Sequence record: MN871440.1
Reading direction: 5' to 3' (one strand)
Length of the DNA stretch: 64,000 nt
The notes under the pieces were generated by a model. It was not told the origin of the DNA. It saw only the letters and a program-made list of their open reading frames with translations, and searched no databases. The position numbers and the translations under genes were made by a program. Shown here piece by piece: positions 6,960 through 15,081 of the stretch. Each line of letters begins with the position of its first letter. The first letter of the stretch is position 1.

Positions 6960-7033
6960 CCGTCATTAGCGCAGTCCGGTAGCGCATCTGGTTTGGGATC
7001 AGAGGGTCATAGGTTCAAATCCTATATGACGGA
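6960..7033 (+). tRNA. tRNA-Pro(UGG), no CCA
   Basis: CCGTCAT/ATGACGG-A; TT-TGG-GA. Confidence 0.92.
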
Positions 7034-7146
7034 CAAAATTGATTCAGCGTTGCGTTGAATGATGTGGGGTTACACAAAGTAGGATTAAGTTACCGAAACG
7101 ATAAGACGATGACCCACGTTAAACGTTCATATTCGTCCCAGTTTAT

Positions 7147-7219
7147 AGGGGTATAGCCAAGTTGGTAAGGCAACGGACTTTGATTCCGTCATGCACTGGT
7201 TCGAGCCCAGTTACCCCCG
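7147..7219 (+). tRNA. tRNA-Gln(UUG), no CCA
   Basis: AGGGGTA/TACCCCC-G; ACGGA-CT-TTG-AT-TCCGT. Confidence 0.92.
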
Positions 7220-7360
7220 CATTTTTAGCTTGCTAAAGGCTAAATGAGCTGCTATGATTCCCGTAGCTCGTTAAATTATCAAACGGGAAGGTGATGCGCG
7301 TGTGTAGCCAGAACGTAATGTTCAAGAGTCATGACGACATAAAGCCGTGTCGAAGAATTT

Positions 7361-7455
7361 GGAAGCGTGGCAGAGTCCGGCTTATTGCACCAGTCTTGAA
7401 AACTGACGGCGAGGTATCCCCTCGTCCATCCGTTCGAATCGGATCGCTTCCGCCA
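7361..7455 (+). tRNA. tRNA-Ser(UGA)
   Basis: GGAAGCG/CGCTTCC-GCCA; CT-TGA-AA; long variable arm. Confidence 0.95.
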
Positions 7456-7479
7456 AATCAAACAATAGAGAGTTATATC

Positions 7480-7701
7480 ATGAAAGCAACAAAACAAGAT
7501 CTTGAGCTGGCATCCCGTTTCGCTGATAAAGCTGATTCATACGGTTTCGCTACTACTCAAGGTGATGCTAAGTGTACCAATCAACAGATTGAAAAGCTGT
7601 TAAAACTTGGACTTATCAAAGTTAGTCGCGGTGTTCATTGCATTGGACAAAAAGACTTTGGCGGTTTTGTTCGAAGAGGAACTCACTATTGCAAAGCTTA
7701 A
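7480..7701 (+). CDS. hypothetical protein
   Basis: SD GAGAG, ATG 7480 downstream of tRNA-Ser. Confidence 0.7.
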   Translation: MKATKQDLELASRFADKADSYGFATTQGDAKCTNQQIEKLLKLGLIKVSRGVHCIGQKDFGGFVRRGTHYCKA

Positions 7702-7811
7702 AACAAGAGATCGAGGAAAACGTAAGAGCCTCGTTCGTGTTATCCGGTCAGCGTGTTACTGATTCTCAATGGGAACAGATTAAACGAGCTGCTGAATACA
7801 TCAAAGAACAT

Positions 7812-7899
7812 GGAGAAATGACAGAGAGGCCGAACGTAGCGGATTGCTAATTCGTAGGCCCGCAAGGGTCCGTGGGTTCGAATCCCACTTTCTCCTCCA
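7812..7899 (+). tRNA. tRNA-Ser(GCU)
   Basis: GGAGAAA/TTTCTCC-TCCA; TT-GCT-AA; U73. Confidence 0.9.
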
Positions 7900-7905
7900 A
7901 ATAAT

Positions 7906-7990
7906 GCGGATGTGGTGAAATTGGCAGTCACACTAGATTTAGGATCTAGCGCCTCCGGGCATGTCGGTTCGAGTCCGACCATCCGTACCA
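7906..7990 (+). tRNA. tRNA-Leu(UAG)
   Basis: GCGGATG/CATCCGT-ACCA; CTAGA-TT-TAG-GA-TCTAG. Confidence 0.95.
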
Positions 7991-7997
7991 GATAAAT

Positions 7998-8022
7998 AAA
8001 GGGGAGCTTCGGCTCCCTTTTT
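7998..8022 (+). terminator. intrinsic terminator
   Basis: GGGAGC-TTCG-GCTCCC then T run. Confidence 0.9.
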
Positions 8023-8037
8023 CATTAGGAGAATACA

Positions 8038-8430
8038 ATGAGTAGTTCATTTAAAGATTTCAAAGGCGATACGAACTCAAGCGTTGGTGATCTAATCTGC
8101 AAGCTGTTGAAAAGCGTGGCCTACGTTCACCACAATCATCTGGTGACGACCGTCTATAGCAGACATATGGCACTAAACGAATATTACACAAGCTTACCTG
8201 AGTTGGTAGATGCGTTTGCCGAGGCTTCTATTGCTCGCGGTTATGCTCAGACATTTTCTGTGTCACATGCGGAAGTTGAAGTTGAAATGTTGATTGACAA
8301 TTTCCTGCAAGAGTGTACTATGGTGCATGAGTATCTGGAAACCAAACGTCATTTCGATCTGGTAAATCTGTTGGAAGACATCATGAGTTTCATGAGTTCT
8401 ATTCGATACAAACTGAATCTTAAAGGTTGA
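8038..8430 (+). CDS. ferritin/Dps-like four-helix protein
   Basis: HxxHW-like HHNHL, H-x-ALNEYY, LxExxD-like ELVDAFAE. Confidence 0.7.
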   Translation: MSSSFKDFKGDTNSSVGDLICKLLKSVAYVHHNHLVTTVYSRHMALNEYYTSLPELVDAFAEASIARGYAQTFSVSHAEVEVEMLIDNFLQECTMVHEYLETKRHFDLVNLLEDIMSFMSSIRYKLNLKG

Positions 8431-8464
8431 CAACAAATAGGGACTATGTAATAATGGTTCCTAT
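8427..8464 (+). promoter_or_regulatory. sigma70-type early promoter for the split tRNA; -10 inside inverted repeat
   Basis: TTGACA 8427-8432; TG-TAATAAT; IR 8437-8464. Confidence 0.75.
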
Positions 8465-8472
8465 AAACAAAC

Positions 8473-8507
8473 GGCCCCGTAGCTAGAGGGTTCAAGCAGG
8501 CGGCTCA
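8473..8507 (+). tRNA. 5' half of split tRNA-Ile2/Met-type gene
   Basis: GGCCCCG acceptor strand, D arm, GGCGG-CT-CA, then interrupted. Confidence 0.85.
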
Positions 8508-8511
8508 CATC

Positions 8512-8550
8512 GTCTCTTAGATGTATAAATAGATTCATAATCTAGGAGAC
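8512..8550 (+). promoter_or_regulatory. RBS-sequestering hairpin with T4 late promoter in loop
   Basis: GTCTCTTAGAT/ATCTAGGAGAC 11 bp; TATAAATA 8524-8531. Confidence 0.8.
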
Positions 8551-8555
8551 ATTAA

Positions 8556-9194
8556 ATGAACTGCGTATATTGCGACAAAACATGTAAGAACACAAATTCA
8601 CTGAGACAGCATGAAATCAGGTGCTCGAAAAATCCAAATAAAATACAGTTTCATTGTCCGAGTAGAAAAGGACAGAAAGGCGGAAATAAGTACACAAAAG
8701 CCGCGAAACTTGGATTGGATAAGCCGATTATCTCAGAAGAAACCAGAAAACGATTATCGGAATCCTCTAAGATGCAAAACCAATTTAGATGGACACCCGA
8801 AGCTAGACAAAAGTTTTCTGATGTTATGAAAGCGGTTGTTAGAAACAATCCGGATTCTTACAGTAAAAATAACGTATCTGGTCGCGTTAAGATGTATACG
8901 TTTGAAGGACAAACTTTCAAAGGAAAGTGGGAATTATTGGTTGCAAAGTGCCTTAGTTCTGTTAAGATTGAATACACAAACGATGTTTCTCCATTTGAGT
9001 ATGAGTGGGAAGGAAACAAACACTTATATTTTCCTGACTTTTATCTACCTTCTCTCGATCTTTATATCGAAGTAAAAGGTTACGAGAGGGAAAGAGACAG
9101 ATGTAAGTGGAAATCGGTTGACAATCTCGTTGTCCTTAAAAGTTCACATATTAAAGAACTGGAAAGTGGTAAATCCATAATCGAGTTCTTGTGA
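8556..9194 (+). CDS. homing endonuclease: C2H2 Zn finger, NUMOD-like repeats, PD-(D/E)xK domain
   Basis: CxxC..HxxxC; SEETRKRLS; PDFYLP..LYIEVKG. Confidence 0.85.
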   Translation: MNCVYCDKTCKNTNSLRQHEIRCSKNPNKIQFHCPSRKGQKGGNKYTKAAKLGLDKPIISEETRKRLSESSKMQNQFRWTPEARQKFSDVMKAVVRNNPDSYSKNNVSGRVKMYTFEGQTFKGKWELLVAKCLSSVKIEYTNDVSPFEYEWEGNKHLYFPDFYLPSLDLYIEVKGYERERDRCKWKSVDNLVVLKSSHIKELESGKSIIEFL

Positions 9195-9198
9195 AGAA

Positions 9199-9238
9199 TA
9201 ACCGCTCGTTGTGGGTTCGATTCCCACCGGGGCAACCA
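9199..9238 (+). tRNA. 3' half of split tRNA
   Basis: TAA-CCGCT-CGTT-GTGGG-TTCGATT-CCCAC-CGGGGCA-ACCA; pairs with 8473-8507. Confidence 0.85.
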
Positions 9239-9259
9239 AATTCATTTGAGGAAATAATT

Positions 9260-9466
9260 ATGTTTTATGTTGTAATTCGCTCATTCTTTGATATAGAATA
9301 CGGTGGAGAATATAAAGAGTTCTATGCCGTTCGCACCAACAAAAAGATCGCTGAATCTGTTGTTGCTCGCGCTACAGTCGAGTATTCTGAAAAGGGATAC
9401 AGCGAAAGCTACCGTTTCTCAATGGAAGAACATACCGAAGAAAGCTTTGGTGATTTGGATGTATAA
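9260..9466 (+). CDS. hypothetical protein
   Basis: SD GAGG, ATG 9260. Confidence 0.7.
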   Translation: MFYVVIRSFFDIEYGGEYKEFYAVRTNKKIAESVVARATVEYSEKGYSESYRFSMEEHTEESFGDLDV

Positions 9467-9468
9467 TT

Positions 9469-9780
9469 ATGCATTATATCGACGTTGACAAGGACAAGAA
9501 AGTCCGATTATCTCAGTTTCAACGACTCTATCTATCTCGACTATTCCACAACGGAGATCGAGTATGTCGTTATATCAACGAAATGCATCAACAAAACAAA
9601 GTTGTCTTTGTTGCACAATCTCCGTTTAACGCGGTAGAAGACAAAAAGATGTTGATTGCCTGTGCTAGTGAGTTCGCATTCAATCGAGAACTGGCTAGAC
9701 AGAAAGACGATTTCAACTTTAAAATGCACAAGGCTTTGCACAAAGCAAACTGGGAATACGAACATGATTCTGATGATTGA
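9469..9780 (+). CDS. hypothetical protein
   Basis: Co-oriented ORF. Confidence 0.7.
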   Translation: MHYIDVDKDKKVRLSQFQRLYLSRLFHNGDRVCRYINEMHQQNKVVFVAQSPFNAVEDKKMLIACASEFAFNRELARQKDDFNFKMHKALHKANWEYEHDSDD

Positions 9781-10033
9781 AGGCTACAAAAAGAAAGTTG
9801 TTCATCAACGCTGGCAAATCGTGGCATTTCTCGCCAGAAAAGATATCGTGGACGAAGATTATCTGGAAGATTGTGCGGATGAAATTCGCGACATCATGAA
9901 AAGTGGTGCTGAATACTGCTATGGTGATTTGGATCCATATCGCCGTGAGATCAACGAAGCTCGTTGTTTGATTGTTAGTGATAACGAAGAGAAGTTAGCA
10001 GAAATGGTGGCAGACGCTGCCGAAGAGATCTAA
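9773..10033 (+). CDS. hypothetical protein
   Basis: Overlap-coupled ATG 9773. Confidence 0.7.
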   Translation: MIEGYKKKVVHQRWQIVAFLARKDIVDEDYLEDCADEIRDIMKSGAEYCYGDLDPYRREINEARCLIVSDNEEKLAEMVADAAEEI

Positions 10034-10041
10034 TAAATAAT

Positions 10042-10126
10042 AGGTGTTAGTTGTAAGTCTCAATTGGAAGAGCTACTGGGCAGAAACCCAGTGGGGTGCG
10101 GGTTCGAGTCCCGCCTTCTGACGCCT
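10042..10126 (+). ncRNA. tRNA-like RNA with interrupted acceptor helix, no CCA
   Basis: D-like arm; ACTGGG-CAGAAA-CCCAGT; GCGGG-TTCGAGT-CCCGC; AGGTGTTAG/CTGACGCCT. Confidence 0.6.
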
Positions 10127-10208
10127 CTATAAGGAATATATGATTAGACATAAGTTTTCACACAAGGGACAGTTTTTTCATTGTTTTAACTAACAATGGA
10201 GATCCAAA

Positions 10209-10589
10209 ATGTCAAGAACTACCCGAGTTAAGAACAAGAATGAAGTCAAGTATCTGATCGGACACAACTTCTGGAAAGCGAACTGTAACGCATATTACCG
10301 AATTGGTAAGTACGATTTCTGGCGTTATCACATTCAGCAAGAACGTATCAATATGAACGTTTATGAAGAATATGATCGTGAGAAAAATCAGATCGTCCGT
10401 GGATACGACTGCGAAGTTTGCAAAACCGGCAATTACTCAAACAAGAGCTGCCGAGAGTATGTCAATCTGAGTCGCGCTAAAGTGAGAGATCAACTTAAAG
10501 CTATCACTTTGGAAAATTCCGATTGTGCTGACATCATTGATGACAGAAAACAAAGAACATGTACCTTCCGCTGGACCGTACAATGGTAA
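10209..10589 (+). CDS. hypothetical protein
   Basis: SD GGAG. Confidence 0.75.
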   Translation: MSRTTRVKNKNEVKYLIGHNFWKANCNAYYRIGKYDFWRYHIQQERINMNVYEEYDREKNQIVRGYDCEVCKTGNYSNKSCREYVNLSRAKVRDQLKAITLENSDCADIIDDRKQRTCTFRWTVQW

Positions 10590-10593
10590 ACAG

Positions 10594-10695
10594 AACCCGC
10601 TTCGGCGGGTTTTTTATTGGAAAAATTCCTTGCATTGTCCCGCTGTTCTGATAAGATAGCTCTATCGAAACAACGAATCACTTGAGGAATACATT
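10594..10695 (+). promoter_or_regulatory. terminator plus early promoter cassette
   Basis: ACCCGC-TTCG-GCGGGT-T run; TTGCAT..TAAGAT; ATCGAAAC..GAGGAATACATTATG. Confidence 0.75.
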
Positions 10696-11184
10696 ATGGC
10701 TACAATTCACGATTTTCTGTTTCCGTTTGAACTCAATGAAGGTTACCATGTTGCAATTATTGATGATCTTCGTGATACACTTTTGAAATGCACATACAGC
10801 CGCAAGATCTCACAGTATATCTTAGATCGTTTCGGCTATAAATCTGGCGTGTATATCAACAAAGGTAAATCTCCAGAACTGTATATCATTACCGAACGTG
10901 GTTACACTACCGTTGATAAAGCGTCCGATATCGATGTGTTTTTTGATAAAACTTGTGTTGACACACTAGACGATCTTGTGTATGCTGAAATTGATGATAG
11001 CGTTACCGAGATCGAAACGTCCGATTGTGTATACGAGCGCAGTCGTCAACTTGAACAGGAGTGGAAACCAATGTTCGGTGAGTGCATGATCTTTGGTTAC
11101 GAAGATTCAACACTGGTAGTCAAGAAAGACCACTATTTCGTTCTGAATGGTTTCTTTAACGTAGATATCAACAAACGAGGTTAA
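10696..11184 (+). CDS. hypothetical protein
   Basis: ORF after promoter. Confidence 0.8.
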   Translation: MATIHDFLFPFELNEGYHVAIIDDLRDTLLKCTYSRKISQYILDRFGYKSGVYINKGKSPELYIITERGYTTVDKASDIDVFFDKTCVDTLDDLVYAEIDDSVTEIETSDCVYERSRQLEQEWKPMFGECMIFGYEDSTLVVKKDHYFVLNGFFNVDINKRG

Positions 11185-11186
11185 TT

Positions 11187-11417
11187 ATGCGCAACATGAC
11201 GTTTAACTCGGCAAAAGAGTTCTGGGATTTTACTCTTGAGGAACTAGCTCAGTTTGACACAATCACGGTATCATTCGCGAATGAATGTGAACTGTATAAG
11301 CGGGATCGTGGTCTAGAACTTTACTACCACATTCACCGCAAACAAAAAGTGATTGCATTCAGCCACGATTATGGCTATGATAGTATTATTCGAACTGAAA
11401 ACGAGGAATCGAAATGA
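11187..11417 (+). CDS. hypothetical protein
   Basis: SD GAGG. Confidence 0.7.
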   Translation: MRNMTFNSAKEFWDFTLEELAQFDTITVSFANECELYKRDRGLELYYHIHRKQKVIAFSHDYGYDSIIRTENEESK

Positions 11418-11692
11418 AAGTCTTTGTAAAGAATATGGAAGAACTGTTGACCATGAATCTGATCGGGATTCGCATCGTTGATTGTCTTGGTAAGATCTAC
11501 AATCGCAACGATGATGCCGAACAACTGTTTGAAAACGTCTTTGGCGTTCGTCCATTCGTTTTCGTGAAAGACATGTATCACGACTGTGGTAGCATCATGT
11601 CCGAGTATGGCACAATGTATACAATCGTTGGCCAACGCTTTATCAAGTTCTACGGCGCTGATAATCTGTTTATGGACGTACAGGGCGAATGA
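11414..11692 (+). CDS. hypothetical protein
   Basis: ATGA coupling. Confidence 0.7.
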   Translation: MKVFVKNMEELLTMNLIGIRIVDCLGKIYNRNDDAEQLFENVFGVRPFVFVKDMYHDCGSIMSEYGTMYTIVGQRFIKFYGADNLFMDVQGE

Positions 11693-11865
11693 TGAAAAAA
11701 GTTCTTGCGTTTGTCGCTCTGATGTTGTTTAATAGCTCTGTGTTCGCATCATATGAAGGTGTTATTACTTGCTGGTTCCAAACCGGTGTGTATGTGAAAA
11801 CACCGGATGGCACGTTGATCAACAATCTTCAATCCGATAGTATGGATCGAATTGATATTGGATGA
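11689..11865 (+). CDS. small exported protein (58 aa)
   Basis: Signal peptide MMKKVLAFVALMLF. Confidence 0.6.
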   Translation: MMKKVLAFVALMLFNSSVFASYEGVITCWFQTGVYVKTPDGTLINNLQSDSMDRIDIG

Positions 11866-11933
11866 GTATTCAGATACAACAATAAATTGTATTATGTTAC
11901 CAACGCTGTGTGTTCTGTAATGAGGAATCAATA

Positions 11934-12140
11934 ATGAAGCATGTAATTTCGCTGTATAAAGAGTATTTCAATACCGAGTCTATGTTCTATCGTCTGCCAG
12001 CAGTCGATAAAGTCGGTGAAGTTGTAAAAGACATAATTGTGGATGATTTGTCCTTTACGCAAAACTATATCTCATTCAAATACAAAAATGAAACCTATCT
12101 GGTTTCTGGCTGCAAACTTATTGCTAAGGAAATGAAATGA
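11934..12140 (+). CDS. hypothetical protein
   Basis: SD GAGG. Confidence 0.65.
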   Translation: MKHVISLYKEYFNTESMFYRLPAVDKVGEVVKDIIVDDLSFTQNYISFKYKNETYLVSGCKLIAKEMK

Positions 12141-12562
12141 AAAAGATTATTCAAAACGTGATGTTCGTGTGTGCCATGCTGGCTGTTGGTGCCGTTAAAG
12201 CTGATACTCTGTATGAAGTAGAAACCTCAGGTCTGATCTTCAAAGATACTCTGAGTGTAGAAGTATTCAGCGACCCGGACTATCCGAACATTACTTGTTA
12301 CGTCAACCTGCCGTCTCGCTCTATGAGCATCGAAGACCAGACTGATGTTGACATGCAGTGTGTGACCGCACCGTTCGAATCTGGCGTTGAACTGACTTCT
12401 CGCAAAAACATCTTCTCACAGAAGAAAAGCTGGTTCTTCAAAAACATGGTAATCGACCGTGTTTATGACAAAGAGCATATGAACATGGTTTACGTAAGTT
12501 ACACCAAGAAAATGGATGGCGACAACGCTAGTTCCGCTATCACCGTGGTGCCTGTTCTGTAA
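12137..12562 (+). CDS. creA: CreA-family exported protein
   Basis: Signal peptide; VEVFSDPD..NITCYV; MVIDRVYD; AITVVPV match the CreA pattern. Confidence 0.8.
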   Translation: MKKIIQNVMFVCAMLAVGAVKADTLYEVETSGLIFKDTLSVEVFSDPDYPNITCYVNLPSRSMSIEDQTDVDMQCVTAPFESGVELTSRKNIFSQKKSWFFKNMVIDRVYDKEHMNMVYVSYTKKMDGDNASSAITVVPVL

Positions 12563-12571
12563 GGGAATTCT

Positions 12572-12898
12572 ATGATCCGTGTTCTGTTTCTTGTGTTCGT
12601 CGCGCTGTTATCTGGGTGCGGCGAACCAGAAAAGCCAATCGTGGTTCGAGAAGTGACGGCACAAGCAGCGCGATATAAGCCACAAGAGTGGAGAGGCAAG
12701 TTCTATCAAGAAGCTCGCGTTGAGTTTGATTACAACGGCATTCAAGTGTATACTATAGAAACCGGTAGCTGTACGATTGTGCCTGAGTTCAAACAAGAAA
12801 CCGTTGTGTTGCTGAAAGCCGTTTATTCGAATGGAATCAAATACTACATCAAGGACGACAAATACCAAGCTAACTTTTTAGCGAAATATTGTTACTGA
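12572..12898 (+). CDS. lipoprotein
   Basis: Lipobox LSGC. Confidence 0.75.
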   Translation: MIRVLFLVFVALLSGCGEPEKPIVVREVTAQAARYKPQEWRGKFYQEARVEFDYNGIQVYTIETGSCTIVPEFKQETVVLLKAVYSNGIKYYIKDDKYQANFLAKYCY

Positions 12899-12948
12899 TG
12901 TTTACTTGCCACGGAAGGCGAGCTATAGTAACAGAAAACGAGGAACTA

Positions 12949-13527
12949 ATGGCAAAGCTGTTTTTTACACATGCCGCGATGAATGTTGGTAAGAGTACAC
13001 AACTGTTACAAGTTGCATACAACTACAACGAGCGCGGTCAAAACGTACTGTTGTTTAAACCTGCTTTTGATACCAGAACTGAGGGAACAATCGGTTCTCG
13101 AATCGGGATCAATCGCGAATGTCGTTGTGTGCATCACAACGAAAATATGTTTACTTTGATTGAGAAAGAGAGTAAACTACAGAAAATTGATTGTGTACTT
13201 ATTGACGAAGCACAGTTTCTAACTGAAACTCAGATCTGGCAACTGTCTGATGTAGTCGATAAGCTCGATGTCCCTGTTATGTGTTACGGACTAAGAACTG
13301 ACTTTCTTGGTAATTTGTTTGAGGGTTCAAGAACTCTTTTAGCAATCGCTGATGAAATCAGACAGTTATCCGGGATCTGTGACTGTGGAAGAAAGTCATG
13401 TATGGTAGCTCGCATTGACGACGATGGTCGAGTTATTAAACGTGGTGAACAAATTTGCATTGGGGCTGAACAACGATATATTTCGTTCTGCCGCAAGTGT
13501 TGGAAAGAAAAACTGTCTCACGAATGA
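12949..13527 (+). CDS. tk: thymidine kinase
   Basis: AAMNVGKSTQLL; IDEAQFL; CYGLRTDF; Zn Cys pairs. Confidence 0.97.
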   Translation: MAKLFFTHAAMNVGKSTQLLQVAYNYNERGQNVLLFKPAFDTRTEGTIGSRIGINRECRCVHHNENMFTLIEKESKLQKIDCVLIDEAQFLTETQIWQLSDVVDKLDVPVMCYGLRTDFLGNLFEGSRTLLAIADEIRQLSGICDCGRKSCMVARIDDDGRVIKRGEQICIGAEQRYISFCRKCWKEKLSHE

Positions 13528-13562
13528 GACTATTTTAAACAAACCTGAAAGAGGTAATTTCT

Positions 13563-15005
13563 TTGTCTAAGTTTATGAATGCAATGACTCAAGCGCAAGC
13601 ACTGGCACGTACCGCTAACGGTGCAGTTACTAACTATACCACTGGTGATAAGTGTCTGAATCTGTTTTCTCAAATCGGTTCCGCTCGCGGTAAAGATCTG
13701 AGTTCCATGTTTGTGGAAGCTTACACCGAATCTCCGGATTGGGCAGTTCGTATTCTGCAATGGGCTCGCGATATTCGCGGTGGTGCTGGTGAGCGTGAAC
13801 AGTTCATTCGTCTGCTGAAACTGCTGGCACATCGTCATCAAGTTGACGCTACCGTCGTTCTGATGAACACACCGGAAATCGGTCGTTATAAGGACGTTGT
13901 TTCAATGATTGGTACTCCAATCGAAGATGCTGCGGTCGCTATCATGGTGGACGCGATTCTGATCAAACAGAACGGTCTTGCTGCTAAGTGGGCTCCTCGC
14001 AAAGGCAAAGAAGCTGGTATTCTGGCCAAAGCTATGCGTATGACTGCTAAAGAGTATCGTCAGACAATCGTCCGTATGTCGAACACCGTTGAACAAAAAA
14101 TGTGTGCTCGTCAGTGGGATGGAATTGATTTCGGTAAACTGCCGTCTGTTGCATCTGCCCGATATCAGAAAGCATTCCTGAAAAATGCGAATGAGCGTTA
14201 TGTTGCTTATCTTGAGTCTCTGAAAAAGGGCGAAGCTAAGATCAACGCTGGTGCTGTGTACCCGTATGACATGATCAAATCATTGCGTACCGGTTCTTCT
14301 GTTGCTGCTGATGCACAATGGAAAGCACAACGCGACTGGATGGCTGGCTCTACTGAAAACGTAATCGCAATGGTTGACGTTTCTGGCTCTATGAGCACCC
14401 CGACTGCCGTCGCTGGTCTGTCTGCTATGGATATCGCGATCTCTTTGGGTCTGTATATCGGTGAACGCTCTGGTGGTGTGTTCAAGAACGAAGTGATTAC
14501 CTTCGATGATAATCCTCAGTTCTACAACATCAAAGCGAAAGGCGATGATCTGCAAAGCATGGTGAATCATCTGGGACGCGCTCCGTGGGGTGGTTCTACC
14601 AACTTCGCTGGTGCATTCAAGATCATTCTTGATCGTGCCGTGAAACATCGAGTTCCGCAGTCTGATATGCCGTCTATGATGGTTGTATTGTCTGACATGG
14701 AATTCAACGTTGCAGACGGCGGTTATAGCGGATACTATCGTATGCGTGACCGCGAACGTACCAACTTTGAGGTGATTCGTCAGACTTACCGCGATGCTGG
14801 TTACGAAATGCCGAAACTTGTGTTCTGGAATCTTTGCCCGCGCCCGACTAACAATCCGGTGACCAAAGACGATCAAGGCACTGCGTTGGTATCTGGTTTT
14901 AGTCCTGCAATCATGGAGACAATCCTGAGTGCAAAAGAGTTTAACCCGATGCAAATCATGCTTGACAAGATCATGAGCGACCGATACGTCGGTATTGATT
15001 TCTAA
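13563..15005 (+). CDS. TROVE-like / vWA protein (DUF2828 type)
   Basis: ARDIRGGAGER; AAKWAPR; MIDAS VDVSGSM; GSTNF; VLSDMEF; FWNL. Confidence 0.85.
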   Translation: MSKFMNAMTQAQALARTANGAVTNYTTGDKCLNLFSQIGSARGKDLSSMFVEAYTESPDWAVRILQWARDIRGGAGEREQFIRLLKLLAHRHQVDATVVLMNTPEIGRYKDVVSMIGTPIEDAAVAIMVDAILIKQNGLAAKWAPRKGKEAGILAKAMRMTAKEYRQTIVRMSNTVEQKMCARQWDGIDFGKLPSVASARYQKAFLKNANERYVAYLESLKKGEAKINAGAVYPYDMIKSLRTGSSVAADAQWKAQRDWMAGSTENVIAMVDVSGSMSTPTAVAGLSAMDIAISLGLYIGERSGGVFKNEVITFDDNPQFYNIKAKGDDLQSMVNHLGRAPWGGSTNFAGAFKIILDRAVKHRVPQSDMPSMMVVLSDMEFNVADGGYSGYYRMRDRERTNFEVIRQTYRDAGYEMPKLVFWNLCPRPTNNPVTKDDQGTALVSGFSPAIMETILSAKEFNPMQIMLDKIMSDRYVGIDF

Positions 15006-15009
15006 AATT

Positions 15010-15064
15010 AAGCCACCTTCGGGTGGCTTTTTTATTGACATTATTTTCGTGATCTGAGAGAATA
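15010..15064 (+). promoter_or_regulatory. terminator plus promoter cassette
   Basis: AGCCACC-TTCG-GGTGGCT-T run immediately followed by TTGACA 15035. Confidence 0.8.
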
Positions 15065-15081
15065 CATAAAAGGAGAACAAT

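Noticed and set aside
7225-7280. Possible HDV-like ribozyme after tRNA-Gln (TTCCCGT)
   Set aside because: Folds as two simple hairpins; no room for P3 or P2
8508-9198. Group I intron around the endonuclease
   Set aside because: Flanks too short; no P1 IGS or R/S (P7) elements seen by eye; cmscan is still needed
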